Shown: positions 34,535 through 46,470 of the stretch, in pieces
How positions within the stretch are numbered: position 1 is the first letter of the stretch
Layout: the number at the start of each line of letters is the position of its first letter
Source: Guillardia theta CCMP2712
Lineage: Eukaryota; Protista; Cryptophyta
NCBI RefSeq assembly: GCF_000315625.1
Contig: NW_005434622.1
Span: 405,242 to 469,241, forward strand
Length of the DNA stretch: 64,000 nucleotides
Reading direction: 5' to 3'
Notes under the pieces: model-generated
The model's database searches: none
What the model was told of the DNA's origin: nothing
What the model saw: only the letters and a program-made list of their open reading frames with translations
Made by a program: the position numbers and the translations under genes

Positions 34535-37210
34535 ATGAACGACACCGACGACTTGGAGCTCGAAAACGGCAAGCTCAGGCTGCGATGCAGACACTTGCAA
34601 GAAACGTTGAACCATGCCAACACAGCGATCACGGACATGAGGGAGGAGATCGAGGGACTGAAGCTGAAGGTGCTATCCCTGGAGGTAATCCATCGTTTGG
34701 TTTCTTGCGTGCGTTGAGGTGACCATACCTGTAGGCGGCATGCAGCGAGAAAGAACAGATTAAATCTCATTCAAAAACAAGCCTTGGAGTTGACCCGGAG
34801 TTGGATGAAACGGTCTCAGACATCTTCAGCGATGAAACAGCAGAATCAAAGATTATCATGGATATGTTTCGGGCACATCGATACTATTTGCTGGTCAACA
34901 CCGGCCTTTCATTGAAGAGTGCAGATCTAAATCCAGCAACAATTAGACTTGAGGATGAGAATGGCCAATTCTCATCCCAAACTGCAGAAAAATTTGCTGT
35001 CTTGTCCAAGCTGCTAATATCGAAGCATTTCTGTGACCTCCTCTTGCATGCTTACGGTGAACTCAAAACTTTTGTTAACCCTGAGAGACTTCCAGCAACG
35101 ATACAAGGTCGACTAGAAATGACAGACACAAGCTTTATGTCATCGTCACAGCGCACAGAGTTTTTCGATGCTGAGGATTTTTCGAGTCAGAGTCAAAAAG
35201 CGATGAATGAGATTGAGTCCAAGAGCGTGAACACGAGTGAAGCTTCATGCATGGAAAGTAGCGAAACTGTGGAACACAAGACCGTATTCTTTGATTGGTT
35301 GAAGAACTGGATTTTTCATTTCATCAATTTGATAGAGCAACGCCATGTCAAGTTTATGGAATTTTCGATAGTCTCACTGAAAGCTTCATTTTTCAACTTA
35401 AGGTCGATTCAAAGATCCATTCTTGAAAAATTGAATAACCATATTGTCGCCATCATCGGTGAAGGAGAGCGGTATCCAATTGTTCAAAGCATACAGCAGA
35501 TGGCCATGCTTTATGAGACCTCACCTGACGAAGAATTTGAACTATTGTTCCTTCATATAGACGATAATCATCTTGAGAACATCAGATCTATGATGCCCGT
35601 GTCGGAATTGGGAAACATCCTGATGGATTCGACTAGATTAATGGAATCAAGCGATTTTGTGGTAACGCACCCTGCTTCTATGTACTATCTCCCTCTGTTT
35701 CTAATTTGTGCCTTTGCAGAAATTGATACATGAATTTAAAACAACTATGCATAGTTTAAAGAAGGCACTTCTGCAGAGCAAAGAACAAAGTATTGACGAC
35801 TCAGAAAGCTATATACGATGCAGCCTTGCATTGTTGGATATATTTCTGTGTCTCAACGATATCTTTGCAGGAAAGAGTGAAGAAGTATCTTCAAAGATGC
35901 AGTCGATCATCTCCAATGTGACTGGTATGCAAGAGTTCGAAAAATGCAAGGACATGAACCAAGTCTGGAAGAGTCAAATTCTTCAAAATACATTTTTGAA
36001 TCGTACGGGTGAAGATTTGTGCTTGAGGTTCGAAAGATTAACATCTCTGTTGGTTATACTTTGTAATAACCTCAAGTCAAAACTTGAAGACCCCAGGATC
36101 GAGATATGGATGAGCTCTCTCATCAACATAACAAGATACAGCCTTGATCTTCTCGTGCAGTTGAGGAGTGATGACTTTGAGATGATGAAGTTCATTCTGA
36201 CGATTGTAGACGTCGTCGATAGCAAACATTGTGAAATCGAGCTGGTCAGCGATGCTGGTAGTCATACAGAATTCTTCTCTGAAGAATCTGAAACTCCGAA
36301 GACTCGTTCGGTCAATCTTGAAGACGAAAAAGATCTTGAAAAGTTTGAAATCTCTACTTTGCCGTCGTTTGCGAGCACAGCATCTTTTCAAATTGATCTT
36401 CCAGCAGTACTGCATCAGGTCGAAATCATGCAAGCAGCGTTGGAGAAAAGTTCGTGCGAGATAGAAGCACTTCGAGCTCAAATGAAAAATATTCTTCATG
36501 GGCGTGAAACTAGAGAGGATACTAAAGCATTGGATGAATCATCGCTAGGAATGTATCAAGCATTAGAAAACAGAATAGCTGCTAAAGAAGCTCTTGGTAA
36601 TTCGCAAATTACTTCTGCGCAAACCAACTCAGCGCAACGTGCAGACAGTAGCCGGAAAAGCGGGAACGCGATCCTTTACTCGTTGTGGATTGATGCAGGG
36701 TGGATGATTGCAATGTTTGACAAAGGATATTCTTTGAAAAGCCTTATTGCAGGGATTGCTATTGATCTCAAAAGAGCTATCAGCCTAACAGTAGATGTGA
36801 AAGTCATCTATCACGAATTTGCCAAGGTAGTGAAGGAATCATCTTCTTTCACTTCTGATGGAGCTCTTTATATTTTGTTCGTCGTTCACAGTGATGAGTT
36901 GGAACTTGAAGACTTCGAGATAGTCATGCGGGATTTGAATCTCAGGCATTCAATTGGCCATATGGATAGTTGGATATCAAATACCAGTGTCAAAGATATC
37001 AAATTCGAGGGCCCAATATCTAAACATGTTGTCATGCTCCTTGATACGATCATCAACTCCGGCGGGAAGAGAGAAGCCACTATGGAAGGTGGTGCTGTGG
37101 AGTTTGAAAAGCGTTCTCGTCGAGACGTGAATGAGACGTTGGAGCTATCGACACCAGCTTCGATGATATCTTTCTCTGCTCCCTCCGATGAAAGAGAAAT
37201 TCTTCCATAA
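34535..37210 (+). CDS. Large hypothetical protein with N-terminal coiled coil
   Basis: ATG 34535 exon (ELENGKLRLRCRHLQETL) followed by 310-aa and 500-aa ORFs separated by intron-like segments. Confidence 0.65.
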
Positions 37211-37255
37211 GATAAGCGTATGAATTGTTGTTGAGAATCTCTTTGCATATGATTT

Positions 37256-37304
37256 GGAAACATCATCAATTGCTATCATTGGGAAACATCATCAATTGCC
37301 ATCA
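37256..37304. repeat. Two tandem near-identical copies of ggaaacatcatcaattgc(t/c)atca
   Basis: Read directly. Confidence 0.8.
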
Positions 37305-37379
37305 AGCTATCATGGCCTTCATGGGACCCTTTGAACGGGAAGCATTTAGGTGATGCTAATGCATTCAATTCCCCACTAG

Positions 37380-38142
37380 AGGCAGTATGTGTACTTTTCT
37401 GTCGACTGTGATTTGTTGGGCAACGCTGAACCATCCTCCAACTCTAGTTCTGAACGAGAAATTATCAGTCAGCCCTGGCACCAGAATGAAAGTTTGAACC
37501 TTTCAGAAGTTCTTCGGCTTCACCCATCTTGTTCCACAACTTTTGCTGATGAAGGAATTAGTCAATCGCCTAAGTTTGAAATCAAATTCTTACAGCATCT
37601 GCGCGGTCTTGTTCGCTTGCGCCTTCCCTTATCAAGAACGCGTGAGTCAAACGAAATTGCTCTATTCTATCATGAAGATCTTCCTGCAAACAGTTTTTAA
37701 GTTGGTTTTAAAAGTAAAATGCATAGATCACTTGAGTTGCAATTTTCAACTGATGAGCCAGGACCGACAAAGACTTGTTTGAATTTCTCTGGTTGCTTGG
37801 CGAAAGGCATGCTCTCACAACACGAGGAGTCTCGTGCACGGGGGCTGCGATTGAGTGCAATGATCCATCTGGATGCATGTTTGCAATTTGAAGAGGATAG
37901 ATCATTGAATTGTTCTGGAAAGATTGACGTGCATGTAATAGAGCAACATCGCGCGAGCCGACAATGTACTGGTTGAATGTGTTCGGGCAAGAGGCTACGG
38001 GAGGCACAGACGTAGGGTGGAACAGTTGGGAGAAGAATTGTTGTCGTTCAGTAGGATAGCAGAAATTGTTTGCAGTTGTCGATGGCCTGACATAGACGTT
38101 GGGCATGAACCAATTGTACTTTCTGGGCAAAGAATTTTCCAT
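37380..38142 (-). CDS. Hypothetical protein, probably spliced
   Basis: ATG 38142 opens MENSLPRKYNWFMPN...; 3' exons uncertain. Confidence 0.35.
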
Positions 38143-38359
38143 CCTGAATTCCTTCACGTGCTTGTGGAAGTTTGAGAGCTAGTCAGACTTTGAGCATCCC
38201 CACCTGTAACCTGATTGTACTTCAAACAAGACATCGCTGTCTGATTTTCGTTGTGTTGTCCTGCCTCTTAGAAGCGCTCCTGACGGCATATCAGCATAGC
38301 ACACTCCGGCCACCTTTCATAAGCTCCACACAGCGCGCAGAATGTTTCTATCGGATCAC

Positions 38360-38960
38360 AGAGTTTTACTCAAGTTCAAGTTGAAAAGGGCCCGGGCGGC
38401 GCCGCGGCGACTTAGAGTAAATTGAAGTGGCTAGATCGTCACTGGGACCGTACGGTACGGCGCCGTGGGCCGGTCGCCGGACTGCGCCGGGCCGGGTCCC
38501 GTGACGGCCCTAACTTAGTAACTTTTTTTGTGGCACCCCGGCGGGCCCACTCAGACCGTCCGGACCGTGACCAGCGCCGGTGAACTTGCCGGCGGCGGGG
38601 ACGTGACTCAGTGAAGTACGGCTCTGGAGCAAGAGACCGAGTCTGTCAGGAGATGAGACCCATAAGACCGGGTACCGGTGGGTGGGCCCGGTATTGGGCG
38701 GATGAGGGGTGGAGTGAGGGGTTCAGTCACGGTCATCAGTTTCTGAACCCGGAAATCCGTAGGTTGTACCCCACCCTACTCAGCTAGAGGAGGAATAACG
38801 GAGAAGGGGGGTGAGGTCCAGATAAGCAGGGTCGTGAAGAGGGAACGCGGTCAGAGGTCGTAGGGCAAACTTGGATTCCCCCTTCGAAGTTACTGGAGAC
38901 ATGTTAGAACCCCACCCCTCAAGGTCTAAAGTACAGTAGAAATGGGGGGTGGGGTAAATT
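38360..38960. promoter_or_regulatory. Composite divergent island: TTTACTCAA edge, GC-rich CCGG core, then GGGGT/ACCCC block
   Basis: TTTACTCAA at 38365; core about 38388-38700; ggggt/acccc block about 38700-38960. Confidence 0.5.
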
Positions 38961-39330
38961 GCCCCTTGTCTTCGTAAGCTACGTCCTGCCAGCAGATGAA
39001 CGACGAGCCGCATTTTATTGTCCCTGCCAGCAGACCTTGCCAGCAGAATCACTGCCGTCCCTGACCTGCCATCTCCTTCGTTCCATCAAACTTGTCTCAA
39101 ACATCTTCGTCTGCCTTTGTGGTCCTGCTTTCTCATCCTTTCCTTTGTGTAGTGAAAGCAAACATGGAACGGTGCAAGATGGTGTTTGAATGGTACTGTT
39201 TTGAACTGGAACCTCGTTGATGATAATTTCATTGAGTAATTCATTCAATATCATGAAATAATGTGAGCTGACGACCCCGATGTCAATTCAACTCTGGTTT
39301 TTATGTTTGGTGACTTCAAGTCCAGGTGCT

Positions 39331-39917
39331 ATGAATAACATTGACAACCAAACTGCTACGATGAACGTAAACAACTCCCGCGCAAGACCGAAACGGGGAT
39401 TGCAGCTCACTGCAGAGCAAATCCAAGGTCTGTTTCATCTTCGGCAATCCGAAGCAGCGCAAATCATGGTGCTGCTCGTTGAACAGGACCTTTCGTGCAT
39501 TTTTGACCATCACGGCAGGGCGTATCATTGACTGCGATGAAAGCTGCATGCAGAAGGGCGGGTGTTTTGCGATGGCCATATTCAAGGCTTCGACCGCATT
39601 ACAAGAGTCTGAGCTCGATCAAAACAAGTTTGGCACTGCAGAAGGAAACCACTGGAGTTAGTTCTAATACCATTCAAAACGAAAGCGGTCTAAGGGAAAA
39701 CCCTATTACTTATGGACCAACTCTTGAGCCCAATGAGGACGAGGGTCAGAACGAGACGGAAAGAAACAATCAAAACCGCACTTTCGATGAATCTTTGGAC
39801 AATTTATGGAATATGGCAATTCCTCCACTTGAAAATGAGTGGATTTCATGGTTTTTGAACTCGAATGATTCAGAGACAAACAGTGAAGAATGTGCTACAG
39901 CCCAAAATCTTGTTTAG
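39331..39917 (+). CDS. RWP-RK transcription factor
   Basis: LTAEQIQGLFHLRQSEAAQIM|GVSLTAMKAACRRAGVLRWPYSR across intron 39469-39518. Confidence 0.88.
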
Positions 39918-40425
39918 GGCGTATATATTGATGTCAATCTCTTCTTTGTAAGCCGTATAGTAGAAATGTGCTTTGTAAGGTATCACGATTTGTACGACGA
40001 AGCACTCAATCTGAACAGTGCTTTGTATTGATATATCTAGTGTCGGGAATACTTGTTTGATATCATAACATACTTGTTTTGATATCATAAAGGTGGTAAT
40101 GGGTAAACATTTTGTGAATTTCAAGATTCACTGTCTCAACCAGTTGTAGAAGGATAAAGTAGACATTTCTCTGAAAAAAATGATGCTTTTGCGTTATGGT
40201 CGATGTCATTCGTGGGGAGTCACGTCACAAGCAAAAACTTGTCTGCAACCCTCGGAACCTTGCTGAGTCAAGCGGAAAGCACCTACAACAAACTGTACGT
40301 TCCCAACATCAAAAGAAAGCCTCGCGCTTAGTCTGCTCATGTCCAGTAAATACATCGCTTCAGACAAAATGTCTTCCAGAATGTTTCCAAAACACTTGCC
40401 TATCTCGTCTTCAAATGCGAATCCT

Positions 40426-40969
40426 TTATTTGGAAGGCTTGATGTCTTCCCACACAAATTGCACTCTATGTATGAGACCTCTTTCGTTGACTTGGTATAC
40501 AGCCATGCAGTTTGCTTCTGCACCATTCGGTAGTCCGCTGATATGCTCTCGATCAACTACGACCTATGAAAATCCGTTCATTAACAGCCAGACTGCTCAG
40601 GAAAATAAAAGAACCTTTCCGATCGCAAGTCTGCCGTACAAAGAGCAATAAACTGGACTCTTGAATCTTTCGATGTAACGAGCCCGAATCTGGTCGTGGC
40701 CTCTAGCGAGCTCCTTGCCCTATCATTATCTCAGTATTAGATGACAGAACTGCAAATTGCTCCCAACTTACGGTTTGTAGGTCGAGCAGCTGGCAGTCAG
40801 GATCAAACAAGGTCATGAACTCATCTGCATCTCTCTTATTGTATAACTCAAGCTGCATGTCAAAGTAGTTATGTTCAGTGTCTAGAACAGTGTGGTGTCG
40901 TACCTGCTTTTGAATCACTGCCAGCGGGTCTACCGGGTCCTTGTGGTTCGACCCAGCATCACTTGACAT
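40426..40969 (-). CDS. SnoaL-like/NTF2-fold protein, 4 exons
   Basis: Spliced: DPLAVIQKQ|LELYNKRDADEFMTLFDPDCQLLDLQT|GKELARGHDQIRARYIERFKSPVYCSLYGRLAIGK|VVVDREHISGLPNGAEANCMAVYQVNERGLIHRVQFVW. Confidence 0.8.
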
Positions 40970-41676
40970 CTTGGCGGAGCAGCTGCCTCCTCGTAGAGAA
41001 GACGGTCTTGTGGATGAAGCTCCTATTACTCTTTCGTTCAGAGGCACCAGACAGGGCAGCAGTCTCCCCCCGTACATCCTCCATACACCCCAGCTCGCGC
41101 CATACCATGCCCCAATCATTACCGGGAAGCGCTGAGGGATTGCGTAGCCTAGGTACCATAAAGTTTTACTTAAATTGGCTCTGTTTACAGACACTACTGT
41201 CTACTTTCCAAGTTGAGTAAACTGATTTAATAATGGGTAAGTGGGGGGAGGTGGGAACATGTCGAACTTGCCAAATGGCAAAACGTGAAGGGGCGTGGAG
41301 GAGTGATGTGAGATAGCAAGCAGCGAGAAGGAAGAGAAGGCATGTTCAGAGCAAAAGAACCAGAACAGAGGAAACCATCTCGTGTTCTACGAGAATGTTC
41401 GATCCGATCAATCGATTTTATCAGGACGATAGAGGAACCAATCATGCTGGGACGCTCCACGATTCGTTGATAGGATGTTGTGTTCTTCGTGCTTTTAAAT
41501 ATGTATATCTTGTATTCTTATCGCATGATTGAGTGTCACGGAGTTTTGTGTGCTAAAATCGTTGAAATCATTTCTTGTTTTAAGAAAGAACCAGGTTCCT
41601 TATTGCTTGATTCCTCTCATGACATTCATAACATTACACGCATGCCACAGCGCATGTCCGCCTGTGTGATGGTGTA

Positions 41677-42096
41677 ATGGCTGCTGTATTCCCGGCATGT
41701 CTGTATGCTTTGTATATGATGTGCTTTCTGTTTATTATTATTCAATGGAAATCTAAAGCATCTGATGATGTATCCTTCAGGAGCCAGCGATGCTCCTGGC
41801 AAAGCTGGCCTTGTTGCATGGTAATGGAAGCTACATGGGAAGAAATTTCTGTGCGGTGGTACAAGGACCAGAAAGCGCTGTTGATCATACAGTTAATGTT
41901 ATGGGCCATACCGTGACGATTGAAAATGGTTCTTGCAATCCGCTTATGATGGGGGGTAAACCGTAAGTTTGAATTGAATGATTGCATTTTGCCTATTGAT
42001 GTCTTTTTCTGGAAGATATGCTACGATGGAGCCCTCGGACTTTGTTACGGACAATGGCGATGAAGTGCATTGGGATGGACATGTTTGGAGTATCTG
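41677..42096 (+). CDS. Possible small membrane-anchored hypothetical protein
   Basis: Hydrophobic N-terminus MAAVFPACLYALYMMCFLFIIIQW and downstream protein-like exons; splicing unresolved. Confidence 0.3.
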
Positions 42097-42772
42097 ATGC
42101 TCCTTGAGGGTGCCAGATAAGGATGTTCGTACGAAGAAAGTTTGCATTTGAAATGTTGTGTATTATTCTTGCTAGTTGTCGTTGACAATAACATTTTGAA
42201 TGTACGATGAATGGTCTGTAACACTGAAAAGTAAACATAATACCTTTTGATGTATTTGAGAAACCTCATTCGGAGAAATTTGTTTTTTGCCCGTCGTGCC
42301 CAAGGCTCACATCCAGACAGAACTGCTCATGCAAGCGGAGTGATTTTATCACGTAACCTCTTATTTGCTTGTTCAGGACTGTCAAAGTTTGATGGACTGA
42401 GATGCGTTTCTGCCTCCTACAACTTTCTTTCGCATTCATCGCCTCTGCCTGCATTCGTAGCATTCCTCTGGTTTGATCAGTACATGAGTCCGTACCTACA
42501 CACTACTGGGCGCCATAGCTCCTGAAGCAATATTCTGGGAGAGAGTCGGCGGCGGCGGCGGCGGCAGCGGCAGGTGGAGGAGGATCACAGTCATGCATCA
42601 AGCTCGTTACAAGATGTTGGTGTGTACAGAAAGACATGGTATTTCTTCAAACTCCTCCTTTGAAGCTTGAACCCGAATTTCTTCATCGCGAAACAGAGTT
42701 GTCGCACCATTTTGTTTTCATGTCGAAAAGAGATATTGATTGTATCCGGGAAGTTGTTCAAGTTGCTTGGTC

Positions 42773-43930
42773 ATGACGGGTAAGATTGTGAAGAGCAAGA
42801 AGACTCGAGAGAAGCCCCCACCGCTCGAGCTTAAGGCTATTGAAGGAAAGGCAACTGCAACTTTATTTCCTGTTCCGCAAAGAGCGAAGTCTGTCACAGT
42901 TCACGCGGCTAAGAAGAAGGTCCCAGGCCAAGTCTCTTCACCAATAGCATGGAGCTCGGCATCTTCAGATAGTCTTTCTCACCGTGACAGAATTGATGAT
43001 GCATTCTCATCGCCTGCTCCAACAACCGCAGAAGGTTCATTTCGGTTGCGTGTCTTGACAACATTCGACAGTCCAAGCATAAAACCTACAGATCGAGATG
43101 GAAAGGATGCTATTTGGGTGTCGCGGAGAAGTGATAATCACTCGCAATCTCATCGATCAACCAATTTTTCTCGTGCTCAGGTTTTTGAATACGACTTGTT
43201 TGCATATATCCACTTACTCCATGTAATGTCAGCAATATCACCCGGCATGTTCGAAGCGATCCCTCAATCTCATACCAAAATCTATCCGTGCTTTTGAGAT
43301 TCTGGACAAAATTGAAGTCGGAGAACTCATGTTGCGGAGTTCGACTGCGGAAGGAGCTGTTGAAGAATCAGAAGTATTTAAGCTGCAATCTGTGAATGAC
43401 ATCTGAAAGCGACTCGGGCATCGCTGAACTGTCTATGGCAGATGGCCAGGCACATGCCAAGAGAATTCTTGAATCCTGATCGAGGTTTGCCTGTCTGTTA
43501 TGTCATGATGCCATTGACGTCTGGATGCTACGTTTTTTTAGACAAGAGAAACCGAACGAGCACGCGTTATCTGAATCTGCATGGAAACCAAAAGTGAGTG
43601 ACTTTTATGACCGTGGTGTCCAGCAAAATCATTGTGTTGAACGCAGGAGAGCGGTTGGGGCAACGAATTTCAACAAAATAACATCCAACAAAAGCAAGAT
43701 GGATGCGGTGCACTCGATATTGGATGTGGACTTGCGAGCATTTGAACATTGGCTTAAGATTCAGGATGTGGATTGCTTGATGTCCACGACACGTCATACA
43801 GAATATTTGGGCGACGGCAAACATTCGAGGTTATCATATTGCCTTTCGCAACAAGGCCAAAAATGTTGACTGCCTCGCAGCGAAATGGAAGCCAAGGAAG
43901 TGCACAACAACGATAGAAGTCTTCTAAGTT
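42773..43930 (+). CDS. Multi-exon hypothetical protein
   Basis: MTGKIVKSKKTREKPPPLEL... frame plus downstream ORF 43525-43869. Confidence 0.4.
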
Positions 43931-44241
43931 TTTAGATTTTACTGATCTTCGGACATACATGTTTAAGCATCTTCAGACTTTTTCTCCGCACTACCTCAAC
44001 GCCTGAACGGCACAAATATGCGGAGGAGGAAGGTTGCATCATTGTTTGTTTCTTACCAATCCTGAGAACAAATGGCAATCTACACGTCCTAAAGAAATTA
44101 GGAGAGAAAAGAGCGATACAATTTATGCATGTAAATAAAGATCTTTCGAGATTGAAAGCAATTTAATGAGATCAAGAGGAATTAGGAATGGCAAAGAAAA
44201 CACGCAGAACGCAATCACAAAACTAAGGGCGAAGCCGCTGA

Positions 44242-44637
44242 CTAGGACGAAAAATTACCGTTTCTATCAATAGAATTGAGAAATACACTAGAGCCGAGCA
44301 GATTCAACGTTGGATAACTCCCTGATCGAACCATGTTTCCTTTGCCATCGATGATCTTGTCGCATGCTGAGCTAGAAGATTGAAATGATAACTTCCGTTC
44401 ATTGTGTCCACTTTCACAAGCCATTGATTCCTCCACATCACTCGATACAACACTACACGTTTCGAATTTTATGTTCGACGGCGCGTCTACTTCTTCGACA
44501 TAACAGAAGGCCGGTTCCAAAGCCAACGATGAGACCCTCCCGACCTTGGAAGTTCCGTTGACATCTACATCAGCATCTCCCTTGCCGATAGCATCGGGCC
44601 AGGAGTTTCTTCGTGAAGAGCTCTTGTTGTGCATCAT
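44242..44637 (-). CDS. Small Ser-rich hypothetical protein
   Basis: Intronless 131-aa ORF with ATG start, directly downstream of an intergenic island. Confidence 0.5.
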   Translation of the reverse strand: MMHNKSSSRRNSWPDAIGKGDADVDVNGTSKVGRVSSLALEPAFCYVEEVDAPSNIKFETCSVVSSDVEESMACESGHNERKLSFQSSSSACDKIIDGKGNMVRSGSYPTLNLLGSSVFLNSIDRNGNFSS

Positions 44638-44769
44638 GTGCTTCTATGCTTGTGCCGTCAGCTCGAGGGTTGTGCTTCCACGACTCCTCGAAGTCACCAC
44701 CTGCTCTAACCCCGGCTTCGTCTTCGTAGCCGTCGGTCACTACTTTATCCCGGCTTTTTACTACAGGAC

Positions 44770-46160
44770 TTATGCAATACCCCTCCCGTTCCCCACGGAA
44801 TCAGTCGAAATGACAACAGGGGGAGGGGTGGTTTACTCCTGGCGTTGCCGGCATACAAGGTCAGTAATCTCGACACCCCAATGGCCAAGAGCCCCAAGGT
44901 GAAGTGATCACCACTTTTTCCTATGATGTCACTTGAGGAATGTGAGAGCTGTGGGGTATCTTTTCCTATAGGATGGATGGTCTTCAGTTCGGATGCATCC
45001 GCATCATTGTTGGGTATTTATTGGGAGAAAGGGGGGGTACTGGTAGGGGTTCGAAGGGGTGTATGTTGAAGGGAGATCTCAAACTTGAGATCCTTCAGAT
45101 CCGCCCCCTCCGGGTCCCACAGTCAAACCACTTACAAGTTATTACTCAATCACAATCTTGTATACAAATCTCTGTACTTCGACCTCTTCTAAATACTATA
45201 GGAACAATTGAGTAAGTGAAATTTTCTATCAGATCCATATGTACCGTGGGAAGGCTTAGTAAACCGGGTCACTACTGTTCTTCTTTGCTGAAGGTTAAGT
45301 TAAAAACTAATATGACGCCGACGCATCACGACTCCCGAGTCCGGGAGTCCGAGTCCGACTCATGAGTCAGTCCGGTCACCGGCCCGCCCGGGCCGCCGTG
45401 GCGGCCGCTTGACGAACTTAGCGGCACAACTTGAGTTTGCCAGTTAGACTTGTACCGTGCCAAACTTTCAGTCGCGCAGACATCATATTGACGGCTCAGT
45501 TGTAACCGTTGAAGACACTGAGTTTTGGCTCAGAGTACGGTCAAGACCGGCGGCGGAGCCTGTTTAATGCGGCACACGAAACCAGACAGTCGGCCTCGGA
45601 CTGTGCCAGTGCCAAACCCAAGCCACTCAGCATCGGCCGGGTGCCGCGGGCAGACCGTCACACATGCTACATGGCCGCCTTGTCGGAAACGCGTACCGTA
45701 CTACGGTAAAGAGTCACCGGCGCGGAGGCCGCCGGCTGACCGCGCGGCCGGCGTGAGCCTCGAGCCTCGGAGTGTCACCCGGGTGGCCGGGCGCCCGGTG
45801 CAGTGCGGCGCGTTCCGATCGGATCGGATCGGACTCCGCCGGGGGGCCGCGACTGAGTCGGACCGGGATCGGACGGTGCCACGAGCCGCGCGGCGGGCCG
45901 CCGCGGGTACTCTGCCGGTCGGAGGCGGCGGGCCTGCGGCCTGAGGAAAGGTACGGTTACACATCAAGGGTCACTTGACCTACAACCCTACCCCCTGATC
46001 ACAGATGAATGGAAAGGAGAAAGGTAGGGTTCAATCATGCAGCACAGAGGCGAGGACGCCAAGTTTGATGGTCCCACACCCCACCCCCTGTTCTAGAAGT
46101 CCACTGTATTGCAAACGTTGTCAGTAGGAGGGGGTAGGGTAGTGAGAGGGTACCAGAGGT
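44770..46160. promoter_or_regulatory. Composite divergent island: GGGGT block, GC-rich CCGG/GACTC core, ACCCC/GGGGT block
   Basis: ggggt-rich about 44770-45120; aaggttaagttaaaa at 45291; GC core about 45310-45960; acccc/ggggt about 45980-46160. Confidence 0.5.
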
Positions 46161-46470
46161 GCAGTGCCGAGGAAGATGACTGCTAGTAGCGTCAGAGCGA
46201 CGGCATGATGGGCGGGTCAGACCGCGATGTGAGGGAGAGGGAGAGGAAAGGATGGAAGAAGTAGAGATAGACAAGCACTGGCAGACAGACCGTCCCATCG
46301 TGACGGTTGTGCTCATGCACCTTTTAGGAAACGCATCATGCTGTTTGGAATAGTTGTGTTTGCAATCTGTGATTTGAGTCCCGGTGGAACCACTTTTCAA
46401 TGATGTTTGTGTCAAAGTAGAATATCTTTTCATTTGCGAAAGGTTGAAATTGATTTTAGATCAGGCCCTA

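Noticed and set aside
40206-40556. 116-aa ORF with CNLC motif
   Set aside because: Out-of-frame overlap with the last exon of the SnoaL-like gene; no independent support.
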